Shown piece after piece: positions 48,501-61,500 of a stretch of 64,000 nucleotides of DNA. The position numbers were made by a program, and so were the translations under genes. Numbering within the stretch: the stretch's first letter is position 1; every line of letters starts with the position of its first letter. Below the pieces are notes generated by a model that saw only the letters and a list, made by a program, of their open reading frames with translations, did no database searches and had not been told where the DNA came from. Source of the DNA: Raillietiella orientalis (Eukaryota); NCBI GenBank assembly GCA_036172245.1, contig JAYWIR010000034.1, forward strand, positions 1,116,001 through 1,180,000, written 5' to 3'.

Positions 48501-51500
48501 ATGTCTCTTTCCTAATCATAAGTACAGCATCAGATTTTTCATAGCAAAGAATTAAGTTATCTACTAAGGCAGCTGAGATCTTAATGACTTCTCAGTCATA
48601 AGTTTTTGTTATTTAGTCCTAATTCACAATATGTAATATAACGCAGGAGAGAATCATTTCATTTTTGCCTATTATCCTACAAAGTTTTCGAGACTTTAGA
48701 CAGAAATATGTATATCATAACTTCGTGAATTTTAATAGATGGAGATCAATCTGGAAGGCTCATTTTGAATTTCCATAAGTCAGAATATGCGTCATGATTC
48801 TTAAGCAGGCTTAGATTCATAATCGAATTTTTAAACTTTGATAAACAGTACTTGCGTAATTTACGTTTAATCAATCATAATGGACATTTACAAAGAAATG
48901 ATAAAGTGAAAATAGTATTATGAATTATAAAGTTACAAATTATGGATTGAACATAATGATTAAGCAATTTTAGGAAAAAGAATGTACTTATATATGCTCG
49001 AACTTATCACTGGGGACTTTATTTACTGATGCCCCTGTCGTTGCTGTCTACAAAATTCAGAAAGTGGACGGCATTACTATCCGATATGCAATAATGTGTC
49101 TCTTTCTCACCCTTAAATTTGGATGATTCATCTTAATATCCTTCTATTAAAGGGTAACCTAATATAGAAAACGAGAAAACAGAGATTTAAATGATTACTA
49201 AACTATGGATATAGGAAAAATAGAAACTCTCTGATGTGTAAGACTGGAGGAGAAAGAGAGGCTCAGAAAACATTACAACATCAGCATCTTTTGAACAAAT
49301 TCTTAACTATGATTCTTCAGTGCACGCAAGCAGGGCACGCTTTTTGATGAAAATTCGAAATCCTCAGATCAAAGCGAAGGTCCCCTAATTTCATCGTATG
49401 CTTTTCAAAGATTCCATTTGTATTCGTATACAATTGATTTGCTGAAAAAAATAATATACATCGTCATTTCTTAAGGTATCTTTTTTTGACAGTAAGTAAT
49501 CTGTGTGGTTTGCACAACTTTTAAACTCAGATTGCTAAAAGCAAATTTTATTCTTCATCAAAGCCATTAATGCCATTCAAGCATTCTTTGAATGCTACAG
49601 GAATATTGCTTTCAACTACTGAACATGTATTTACGTATTGTATGCATCTGTAATACATCCATGACTGTACGTGGATTGTGTAAAATGCAAACAGTAAGTC
49701 TGTATGTCTTAGTTTTCTACGAAATCAAATGTTTGGGAAAATGTATTATGGCACAAATCCTATTTCATACAGGGACAAACAGTAATTTATCGACTGTAAA
49801 GGGGAAAACATTCTTTGATGAATTGTGATATTTATGTAATGGATGATATGTAGCAATCGAAAAATCCGGCAGTATTCATAAATTCACCGTCAGATTCTTC
49901 AGATGCATCTTCTACCTAGAAAGAGTATTGCAATATATTGGTAAGCGATATACGATGTTTATATCTCCCTCTTTTCATATGGGTCCTCAGTCTTGTTAAA
50001 AACTAATGATTTTTGCTGGAAGGTTCCATATAACTCTTTATTGTTCTGTCTGCCCTAATGGTTGCAAATGCTCCTTTTGAAGTCTGTGAAGAACTCTAGA
50101 ATAAGAAAGTACAGTTGCAGGCGGCTACTCGTCCGAGGTCTTGAGGTACGTTCCTGAGTAATGGATGGCGATTTTCAACAGAACTTTGGTATGTTTCAGC
50201 AGAACAAAAGTGAAGCCGATATCCAGCAAGGTGATGTATCGAATAGTCTTTGCATTTAGAAAGTGAACTCCTCGGAGCCGATATGTAAGGTGGCTCCCAA
50301 AATGGCAGTCTACTCACAAGCATTCCAGTGTTGCCTTCGCAAACGCGTGGCAATGTATCTCTTTTAATAGATTTCCAATCAAACGATTTCCTTTTAAAAC
50401 AGAGCATTTACCATAAATCTCTTCTCATTTTCTCCACGGCTCCCTTTGAATTTGTAGGCTTTCCCACATCCTTTGCATAGCTCATCCGAATCGCGTAACC
50501 CTTTTTAAATGGATTTTCGAACACTACGCTTTGATACAAGTCAATTGCGTGAAAGCGTTAAATAAAGACGGTTTCCTGAACAAAGCGTGTATTTATAGGT
50601 TGTTCTATGATTATTCCTTAATATGCTCAGATAAAAGTAGGGTTAACTGTTATCATTAGGTTTTTTGCTGATAGGGAGCATCGAGTCTTGGGCATGTTTC
50701 TTCCTCTCCAGTAAGTTTCCTGTGTATGGTTTTCTTCATACAAAGGGATAATCGATCACGTCTCTCGAAATTTCAAATGTTCATTTTTTTTTTTTTTTTT
50801 TTTTTCCACATTTAAAAGCACTTCAGGTCTCTGGAAAGCTGCCACTGTAAGTTTTATGGCAGAGTTGCAGACTGGTTTCGTAGTTTTCGTCTAACCTTAG
50901 TGCCTTAGTAAATTTGGTGAGCCGAACGCAGGCAAATACACTGCACACACGTAGGTGAGAGACACGCTCGCAAAAGCCCTGTTGCCCCCCTACTGACTGT
51001 TAGAAGCTGTTGCAGTTGTTCGGCTAGTTTTAATTCTTCTGATACACACTCCACTGATTTCTTTTATTCGGCCGAGTCAAAGGGATGATGAAAAGGGTAC
51101 TTGCAACATCAAAATCTCTACATACAAGAAGGAGCGTTCGCAAAATCCATCCATCAGGGTGTTTTTGTTTCCGGTTGCTTCTTCGCGACGACTGTTGTCT
51201 CATATATTCACAATGGAAGTGCAGAATGTCTTAGAGTTTGTGTTTTGCTTAGCTTACTATCCCTGAGTAATTTACACAATTCTTTCCATATGAGGGATGA
51301 GCAAAGGATGCTGGACTGTAGCCCTTACGTATTTTTATTCAGTATTTCACTTTAGAAATATGTCTACAGCAACTCTTACTCTTACTCAACTCAACTCTTA
51401 CTTGAGACGTCTGTTTTCACATAACTAAGCATATTATAAACCATGTAGCTGTATTAAGTAACCGAAATAAAAGTCTTCCAAAGATCATGTATCTCCAGTA

Positions 51501-52849
51501 GTGAAAGCTATACGCAACTTTGTTCCTCCGATGATCCTGGAAAATAGATGCCGAGCATTTTTCATCTGGAAAATTTGGTTCCGCAAATCAACTTCGTCCT
51601 TTGGTCTGTTTACGAATTCACACACAAGATAAATTGAGTCCCTCCAAAAGATAAAATCCAAAATTCCAAAATACATGTTTGATTCAATTCTCGGACTGGG
51701 ATCCAAATGCTCAAGCGTACGCTGCATCTCCAGATTACTTCCGTTTTTAGAAGTTCCGGTTCTCTGCGTGATGTTTGGAAAAAACGGGTTCGATCGAAGG
51801 TTAGTGTTAGCTCTGGAAGCACTGCTAGACAGCGAGATGCAGCTTCCAGGCTGCTTTATTCCTATAGACAGAATCTCTGATTGCGCAGCAAGAAACCTGT
51901 CTTCTGCCGGTTTTTTTCAGCTGCCTCTCTCTGGCCCCCATCATCCAACTTTCGACTTTACGAGGTTCTCTGTTTTTGTTTCGGGCAAAGATTTCCTGCG
52001 TCTTGATTGCGCCACTCCCTGGGATACCCGTGGGATTCCGCCACCACCGAAACCTCTGAAATGTGTTGCTGCGTATTCTGTTTGAGATATTTTTTCGGAT
52101 CATCCAATCCCTTCTGTACACAGTGATAAATGCTTAGCATCGCGATGAGACATTCTCAATCTCTTCCATCTCTCTCTTTTCTTTGGAACCAGGGAGTGCA
52201 GTTTACTGGAAAGAAAGGAGGATGGGGGGGCATGCTGGTAGCAGAAAAGAGTTGTCTTTCAAGGGCGTCCATATACTTGCCTTATTGAAAAGGTTCTGGG
52301 TGCATGTTATATAAGTGCAATCAGACAGCTCTTGTATCATCTTTACAATGTCTTTATCCAGTGATATTCATGCTAAGGAAGTTTTCATGCTTTGACGAGT
52401 GCCCATGTCACCGGCAGAGTTCGTATTGGTTTATGGTGCGTTTCAAACATCCTTACACCGTACATTCCGCATGCTGCTTGCCAATATGCTGTGTAACTTG
52501 CGTTCTCTGAGAATGGCTTGCTGAGGCACATGTCGTTGTTTGCTGCAGTTCATCTCTCTCATCCTTCTGATGGTCCGGAAGAAGAGCGCAATATATGTTA
52601 CTGAAATGCCGTATACGGAAGCACAGCATTTTGTGCCTGCTTAATCTGCTTTTGCCTGAGCCATCTCGAGTTCCTGTAAGAATCCGTCGTTTCGGGAGAT
52701 GTAATGATCCTAAAGCACTCCAACCGGTGCTTGGACTGGTGCCTGCAATCCTAATTCATCTTTGCTCATTTCCAAGTTTTTCCAGCTTTTTTTTTCTTTC
52801 GGCTTTCTCCTATTTGAGATAAATGGCATAACATCTCGGAAAGGAGCCC

Positions 52850-55800
52850 TCAAGAGCCGCCACCTCACCCCATAGGAGTGATTGAAAAGTATTTGGACAA
52901 CTCTGCCAGGGGAGAGCTCACAATGCTCATGCAGTTCACAAGGTACGTGTGAAGCGGGAAGGGAGTCCCGAGATTGCTTCTAGGGAACCGCTCTCCATTG
53001 CCGGCTGATCGACGGGGCATTGCCTTCCACCATTCACACGCGAAGCCAGAGTCATCTTCAGGGAAGGGGGGAAAGGACACATTCGGAAGCCAACACGTAC
53101 GGAAATCGCATGGGAAGATGCGTCACTTTTTTTTGTGAGGTTTACAACGAGACGGCCGCCCCTCACAGCATCCGTACAAGAGCCCGCCGGCCTGGTTGAC
53201 AGGATGCAAAGGATGTCATCTCAGACCAATTCTCGAGCCTATCCACACGTAATGACATCAATTTTCTTATTTTTGTTCGTCCTCTTCTCCCTCTATCCCA
53301 CCTTTCTGGAAGCGGATCTCGCCGCACAGCTTGCTGGTTGGCAATAGCACCTCCGGGACTGCTTTCAACAGAGTGGGATTTGTAATGCCACTATGGACGA
53401 ATGATCCTTCGTGAAAGTGCTCATTCGGAAATGGGTGTTTAGTTTTAAAAGAAACTCTCTGGAGTTCCTGGGTGATCGAAAGGTAGGAAAGGAGGAGGCA
53501 TCAGACAGCAAGAGTAGAGGAGCTGCGGGAAGGAGAGGCCACTCGAGCACCGCCGCCTTGCCTCCGAGAGCCGGCAGGGGTCGACACAGGATGAGGACGT
53601 GTGCATCTCGGCTTGACGGAAGGAGCACGCAAAAAGAGCACGCCCGTAACAATGCAGAGCTTTGGCAGCACTTCGCCTGCAAGGCGTGCGCCAGCAAGTG
53701 GAGCGCTCGTGGCTCCAGAAGGGCGGCGTCCTCGAACTGCGTGGTCTGCATGGCGCAGGCGAGCAGAGAAGCACTTGTGAACCGAGCTCTCTTCCCACAG
53801 AAAGCGAAGCGAAGGCATGAGACAGAGACCAGGAGGGTCATTTTTTGGCTGCTGCTCGCTTCCGAGCGGACCCGTACTCCAAAGATGGCGGCTACCAGGC
53901 GGCGCACAGAACCGCTCCGCAACAGCGTCCGCCTCGAGCAACAACAGAGGAGAGAATCTGAGAGGAGGCCGAGCCCAGAGAGGATATCTAGCCACCGCGA
54001 CCGAGGAAGTCGTTCTCCCTCACACTCCCACCTGAGCTGAGATCAAACCAGAAACTACTTAAGAATCTTTTCGGAGGGAAGGCATTTTCTTAGTTTATTT
54101 TTCTTTTGCTCCGTCAGCGGGTCGCCAGGCGGAGGTTTAGCAATCTTCGTCATACTCCCGTTTCCAAGGCCCCTGGTCCTTAAAAACGGGCAGGGAAACC
54201 CGTTTTTAAGGATGCAGAACATCTCCAGCCCGCGGAAGCACCTGGGAGCCATCTTGTAGGAAAAAGAGAAAGGGTCCCGGTTTTCGGGGAAGCGCACCTC
54301 CATTGCTCGGTTGTCCAAGTTGCAAGTGGTGACTCCAGCCACTTCCTTCGTCATGTCCTTCTTCGTGAGGAGGAGCGTCTCCTGTTTTTCAGAGGAAAGC
54401 TTCGTAGGAGGGATGATGACCACGTTGTTGGAGGTGTGGGTGAAGAGGGCGGTTGCTCCGTCTGGCTTCCAGCATCCGCCGCGGGACCGGAGTTGAGCAC
54501 AGGAGACCACGTCGGCAAAGGTGGACGTAGGAGAAGGCGGAGGATGAGGAGGGTTTGCAGTGGAGCGAGAAGGTCGGCAACTCTTTTGCCTCCCCTCCAA
54601 CAATCTTGCCTTCGGATAGCTTCTGCTCTTGTTCTTCCTGCTCCGGGAGCGCCTGCCCTGCTCTCTGCGCCGAGCAGGACTCGTTCTCCCGGTGGTGGGC
54701 GACGGTGAAGATGAGAAGCGGACTCGCTTGTTGCAGCTCTTCCTGCTCTTCCTCTTCTGTTGCCTGCGCTCGTACAGTTGCTGGAGAAAGCGTGAAAGTC
54801 AGCAAGGAAAGCGCGCGCGCCGGACTTTCCCCGAGTTACTCCCCTCCCGAAACATGGAAAAAGTACCTTGAAGCGGTGCAGTTTGGCGGTGGGGAGTCGC
54901 TGCGCCACTCCTCCATCTCCTGTTCCCGGTTCTCCTCCTGCAGCTGGACTCTAGCGTTGCTGACCTCCTGATGCAGCCCCTCTGGGGCAGAAGCGCCATT
55001 CTTGGGGGTATGGCGTGCCTCTTCCTTCGACAATGCACAGCGGGATGGGAGGAAGGGGAAATATAGGCGAAGCATACCTCGAGCCAACCCGTCCCGACGC
55101 GAACGAGGTGTCCAGGGTTTTGCTTCTGCCGCTGCTGTCGTCCATCCTTCCACGTCACGTTGGTCTTCCTTGTGAGAGGAGAGGCACCATCTATGTGGAT
55201 TCGCCTTTTCTTTGTCTCCCACTCAAGAGGAGAGAGCAAAGGGGCTCTTCCTCTTCCTCGTTTTCCAGGGATGACCCTGCTCTCCCCTTTCGGTGAGGCT
55301 GAATAAGAGCCTTCTTCGCAAGAACAACGTGAAACTAGCGGCCGCCTCATCAGCAACGGCGGAGGGTTGGAGGCGAGGATGAGTCACGATAACGAAAAGG
55401 GGGTCGAAACACCTCGGATGATCGGCCTTTCGCTCTCGGAAAAACAAGTTGGGGATGAGAATGTTAGCAGAGGACGCTGAAGAGCGACCAAGCAAGATGG
55501 GGGCGGAAAAATTTCTACACTTTCGGACCGGGCAACAACGCTCTGGGTGCAAGTGCTGTGAACGACGTCCGAGATACTCCTTGTGACCTGCTTTCGGCAT
55601 CGGCAGCTCTTTCGCCTCGGCGCCGCAACCCTTTCCCGTTCTTAGCTTTGTTCATTTTACTTTCAGAGGCAGCACTCCTGGCAGCCTGGAACCCGGAGAA
55701 GCGAGACGAGACTCTCGGAGGACGATTTGCGTCTTCTCGCGAACAAGCAGGAAGCATGAAGAAGAGAATGGAGGTACAGAACAGCCGGAACACGCACTGA

Positions 55801-56600
55801 ATTACTGGTCAGGGTGGGCACCTACCAGAGGTTCCAGAGAGCCAGTGGTGAGAATCACTGAGACTCTGAATTTCTCATCTCACCTGAACGTCCTCTATGA
55901 GCGCATCTCTGGACTGGACCACGTCCAGGGACGCACACCCCAGAGGATGCGGATGCTGCAATCTCAAAATGGTTGGTCGACTCGTGCGTTCGTCAACAGA
56001 AGCGCAAAGATGAGAGGAGCAGTCACGGCTAGCGTGGAAGCACCTCAGAGAAGAAATGAGAATGAAGAACGGATCGAGAGTCCATTCATCTGCAGCTAAA
56101 TGCACAGGGTACATCTCGACGGAGCTTCCGAGATTCTAACCTTTGCGAGGCGGTCTACCGGTTAAAAGTCGCAGGACACGACAAAACCCTCGACGATGGA
56201 ATCCGCGCAATCCGCAGACAAACAAACGCTGGAACCGTTCTCAGGGCTGAGGGCGTGTTTCTGGTGGTCTGAGAGGTCTCAAAGGAAAACGACCAGCAAC
56301 GCAGCACGCGCGACTGGGACTTCCTCCTGGATGCGCTCGCGGGGATCAGCATGAAGGGAAGGGAGAACCTAGATAGACCACTTCACCCTGGTGCTAGGAG
56401 AGGTAAGCCAGGCTCCTCAAACATCAACATCATTGCAAGGAGCGCCTGTTCCCCCTGCAGGGATGTTCCCTTGTGTGTTCCCGCGAGCCGGAGATTCGAA
56501 AGGTTCCTGAATCAGCGGCTGCCCTCCTCTTCCTTCTCGAGCCGCCAGCTCTGGGCAATCTTCGGAACTGGTGATGGCAATTCTTTCTTCCGATGGTTCT
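52850..56600. other. GC- and CpG-rich island with no assignable gene
   Basis: Visibly much higher GC and CpG content than 8-49 kb. Many overlapping ORFs on both strands, as expected when stop codons are scarce. Boundaries approximate. Confidence 0.7.
54298..54780 (-). CDS. Candidate orphan exon (161 codons, basic/Ser-rich, product unknown)
   Basis: Acceptor ttcacgctttctccag| and donor GAG|gtgcgc; 483 nt, open in phase 0. No recognisable domain, and the other frames are also largely open. Confidence 0.25.
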
Positions 56601-58317
56601 TTTAGTTTTCCCTTGTCGTCCCTTCTGACATAGCCATCAAGAGAAGCAAGAGTCTCTATTGTCTCGATTTTTTTTCTTCTCCTTTTTTTCTTCCGAATGT
56701 AGTACTTCTACATTTGTCGTCTTTTGAAACACTTGCGATGCCGCAAAACAGCTGCACTGTGAAACCTTTGTTGATATACACAAAATGTCCCTCCCTTTTT
56801 CCAATGTCCACATTGTTTTTCTAGTCATCTGCGGCGTATTCGATGCATTTGCGCATCCCAAGGATTGCCAAGGCAATTCTTAAATGAGAAACGTAGCTCT
56901 GCGCCCTGCGCTGCAGTTTCCCTCTAAGGTGAGTCACCAGCTTGTCTTTCCCAGCATGGCGCACAGTCAGTGGGTCAGTGGATGTAGTCTCGGCACGTGC
57001 AGCCACGCTCTGTAAGCTGCGAAAAAACATCCACATGGAGGTGTGCAGAAGGCATCCTCCACCTGAAGGCCTGAATCAGCAAGTGTGTGCCATGCGGGTT
57101 CCCTGCACCAGGCAACTTAGAGAGAGTGGCACGTGCTGCTTTCGCATTCTGGATGTCGTTGATCTCCCCATGCTTGCCGAACTCTTTGGATGATGTACAC
57201 TCATGCCCGAACTAACATCCGTCTACCCAGCTTCCATGCCACAAATGATTATGAAAAGTTATTGTTTATTTCCTCATTTCACGTGCTTTTGTCTTCAAAG
57301 TTGACCCCACTTTTTTCGCAGACGCACCCTACATCTGTAGAAGTCTCGCTTAGTTTCTCGAAGCCTCTCCTTTCCCGCTTTCCACAGCCCGCCTGGATTC
57401 ACGGACTGCAATGAAAATCTGAAAATCAACAGATAATAGGATAAGAAGCGGAAGTCAATATCAAGGAAGAAATCACTCACTCGTGTGATGTAGTACTGTA
57501 ACTCACCAGGTACGTCCGGCTCAGTGTGGTGAACATGGCAATGTGGTTGCATAGCAGGTAGGGAGTGGTTTCTCGAGATTTTTCCTGAATTCTGGAACGC
57601 TTCTGTGTGTGTATGTTCTTTTTTTTCGAGAAGCATTTCCACAGTGGTCAGGTATCTGAGGGATGCCTCCGTGTAAATGGATGGGATCCAAGAGTGGAAT
57701 TGTGGAAAGGGGATTTTGGAGGCACAAGCGAGTTTCTGCTGTGCTCATGGCAATATCAAATTTTCGTGGAATTTAATTCTCCAAGCAATGAACAGAACAG
57801 TCAACCAGAAGAAGAAAAATGCGTAAAGGAAGTCTGGTTCGAAATGGTCTGTCCATGTGAATGTTGAGAAACATATCCGAACAAACGTTATGTCATTTAT
57901 CACCGTTTGAGTTTTGTGGTTCTGAGTCTTCTGTCGTCAATGTTCTCTGCATTTGCATATGTAATTCTACTTTAGTTGTTCCACAGTCTTCAGCGTAGAG
58001 ATCCATGAAGTGAACCCAGGAAATTCCCACTTTTCGAAAATCACGTCTTTCCCAGTACATTTTCCTTTTCTGGAATTTTCAAAAGGCACCTTGCAGAAAT
58101 CATCGAATAACAGGGAATTTCGGAATTCTTTATTTTATTTTTTTTTTAAAAAAAGGTGAATAACATCAAAATTTAATCTTGCGGCACCGATGTGCACTTC
58201 CCCTGCTTCTCCAAATTCAAACATGGAGGCTGTGATCCTCGGTGACATTTTGAAACCAGACTCCAGTCTCGATGTTTCAAAATTAGGCAATGGACACAAC
58301 AGAAAGACAGACCTCAC

Positions 58318-58515
58318 CAGAGGTGAGCACAAAGAACTGCGTGATGATCATCAAGATAGAAAAGAAGAAATCAATCCTTCCCATTCCGAATGCCAGGTTC
58401 TGTGTGAGAGCTGTCCCTGGAAAGTTTTCTTCGCATGCCACCGGCGGCGTTACCATCATCATGGCGAGCCCTGATAGTCCAATGATAGCGAAAATTTGCG
58501 AGCAGTATAAAGCGT
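58318..58515 (-). CDS. Candidate orphan exon encoding two hydrophobic segments (possible membrane protein)
   Basis: Acceptor tatctctactttag| and donor G|gtgagg; 198 nt, phase 1-1. Translates ALYCSQIFAIIGLSGLAMMMVTPPVACEENFPGTALTQNLAFGMGRIDFFFSILMIITQFFVLTS. Confidence 0.35.
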
Positions 58516-61500
58516 CTAAAGTAGAGATACATTTCATTTTGTCGGAGAATGATGTGGACCATGCCTGATTATTTTTTGATTACCCAAGTGCGAAAGTTCA
58601 AGAAGCACTTAGTTGGAATATAGGCAGTGAGAGGTTTCGTGATAAGTTTATGGGAAGCCAATATTCAGGGACCCACTAACACGAAGCCTTCACAGATGTG
58701 ATGGCAAGGCAAAGTGAATGAAGCATGGGGCAAAAAAGCGTGAGATTCTTCTCTATGGAACTGGTTTGGAGAGTTCATGTCTGCGAACCTCAACTGTTAC
58801 TCAGTAAGAATAATTTTTATGAATCGCGTAGTCAGGACATACTCGAATTTTTATGAAGACCAAGACAGAAGAGGATGTATGTTTCAGAATTATTATCCCA
58901 TTTCTGACTTTCTCCAAAGATAGAATTTCGTTGTTCTTATCATGCTCAAAGGGATAATAACATGTGTCTTTCAATTTCTTCAGTTCAAGAAAGTCTGCCT
59001 CGGCGCAAGCCCGGATTCCAATCCCCTGTTTCAGGATTAAAGCTAAGCAGCCGCAGGGATCCTAATTGTGACTTCCAAGGAACTGGAAAGAACATCGCAA
59101 GGAGACAAGGCAAAGTAAAACACTAAACGCATCATGCTTAACTTTACGTTTCTGGACGCAGGCATACCAAATACATCCTTACGGTATCAACTCACGAACT
59201 TGGAAAAACCAAAACCAGAAACAAAAGAAACAAATTTACAATGGTGGTGAAATCATTCATTTTTTTTTCTTTTTTATGCGGGAGAGTTCTAGAAAATCGT
59301 TTGTAGAATCATGTAGACATCACTATGCTTTATCTTGTTGGCCCAAAAAAAAAAAAAGACTCCGTCAATAAATATCGTTTTGCCGATTCCTCTGAGTCTT
59401 TAAGGACGAAGTCATTCCTGCTGTTCCGTATTTTGAAAGCTCTTATGCGCACACGAATGCACGTTTTTTTCCTCTTCTTCCCAAAGACAGCTATACACGC
59501 TGATTAAATACCTAAGGCATGCATGGGAGAGCAATACTAATCAAATGTATTATCTGAGATGCTGAAATGCGAAGCAACCCTGATTGTAGGCTGAATCCCA
59601 AAAATGCAGGTTTTCGAGATTTCTCTTAGATCTGTTTTTAATCAAGGAAGCTCTGATTGAGATTTTGTAATTTGATTCTCGAAAAGAGCTCTTTTACGAA
59701 CAGGAGATTGAAAGGATCTCAGGCGATGGATGAAAATTTCAAGGAAATGAGAATTGATATTTGAGAACAGGGTTAAATTTTCGAATCGCTTCCTTCCTTC
59801 CTTCCTTTCTTTTTTTTTTATTAGTGCTAGAGGCAGGGAGGGGAAGTGCGTGTTCATAATAAATGAGTACGCGAAATTCGTGAGAAGGTTATTCCAAAAT
59901 TCACGTAAACGTTCACATTGTGAAATTAAACATCGTCCTTTCTTTGTAGCTCCGTAACCGATGGAAATTCGAGATGATGTGAGGGGGGTGAGGAGGGATA
60001 TTCCATCAGCAGCCATCTCCTCCTTCCGAAAATGGAATCCAAGTTCATCATCCCAGGATCTCCATTCGCTTTTCGGATCGTCTTTCGAAAAACGGCACAA
60101 CACGGAAGTCCTATCCGAGGAGCTCATCGCCATCAGGAGTTGCTTGCATCCTCAAGGAATTCCTTTTCGACATTGCCGAAGCGAACGTTTCGCTGTTTTA
60201 CAGGAGAGGTGTTTGGCAGACCCACCTCCCACGTCTGGATTTCCCCGCTCCCAAGGCATTGGTGAGATGAACACACCCGCGATCACAGCTCTCGCGTAAA
60301 GACAATCGGGCTGCATGGGGGGGACTGCTCGAATTCCGGCTACTGCATTCCATGTGGTGAACTGTGCATTAAAGGAGAAACGCTCCTGGAATTCACGTGC
60401 AAAACGACAGCGACGAGGTGGCGCAGCTGTTTCTGCGCTCTTTTCTCCGTGACCAAGCAGTCGGCTGCGAAGAGGAGCACTCATTTATGAAAGGTGGGAA
60501 GCATCTCTACTGTAAAGGCATCTTCCCGATATCCAACCACCTTGCCACCAACCACACTCGTATTCAGACGGAAGTAACCGATGGAATGTGTATGTGTGTG
60601 TTTTTTCTATTGTAAGCTACATCTGTACATAGTGCTCCAAGCGGCTGTCGGAAGAAGATGAAATCTGATTATCTCGTCGCAGACTTTATTTGCCATAGAA
60701 ATTGTTCCTACGGTTACATTTTCGCATGCTCGGAACGACTCTGTTCACAATGATAATCCCAGATTTTTCAATGACCGAGCAATGGATGGATGCAGTTTTA
60801 TAGAAAAAAGAATCTCCTTGTTAAGAAAAAAGTATCGTTTTCTCTGGACACGAAGCGCAAGAGAAGGATAAGAGGGTTTGCCTGAACGATGACACTTTTT
60901 AATGAGGACTTCCACTATCCGCTGGAATTTCCCATCCATGGGGGACTGACCAATACAGTTGTGCGAGATCGACAAACCTTAAACTATTCGTGGGGTCAGG
61001 TTTTCAGTTTCAGAACTCCTCGAGTGCTGACAAAAAAAAAAAAAAATCTTCTTTAATGTGTATGAGAAGAAGGAATCGTGTTTTGGGAAGGACATAAAAT
61101 TCGTCCGAAACTGGTTCGGAAACACGCAAAAAAAAAAAAAAAGGAGGAGAAGAAGAAGAAGAAGTGAAACAACAAAGAAGTAAACTGGTTTGATTTATTT
61201 TCTTCAAGATAATCTCGAGCTCCATTAGGACCATGGCAACACGCTTCCCCGTGTCACGCAGACTGCTTGGCTGTGTGACTGGGCGTGTGCATCATGCGAG
61301 AGAAATGTGCGTTTTCTATTTTGATGGTTTCAGCACGCTACTGCCGGCGTGCCGAAAGCAAGGAAAGAAGGGGAACATGCGAATATTCAAATCAGGGCAA
61401 ACGAGCAACAAACCTGGCAAGAGTCAGAGCTGAAAGGAAGTTGGAAGTGACTTTATGATGGGATCAACTGGACCTGCGTTAACTTCCAGGGAAACGGGGA

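Noticed and set aside
53365..54040. Overlapping 117-209-aa ORFs, one with CxxC pairs (CKAC...CVVC)
   Set aside because: No recognisable zinc-finger family or clear splice structure; long ORFs on both strands are expected at this GC content.
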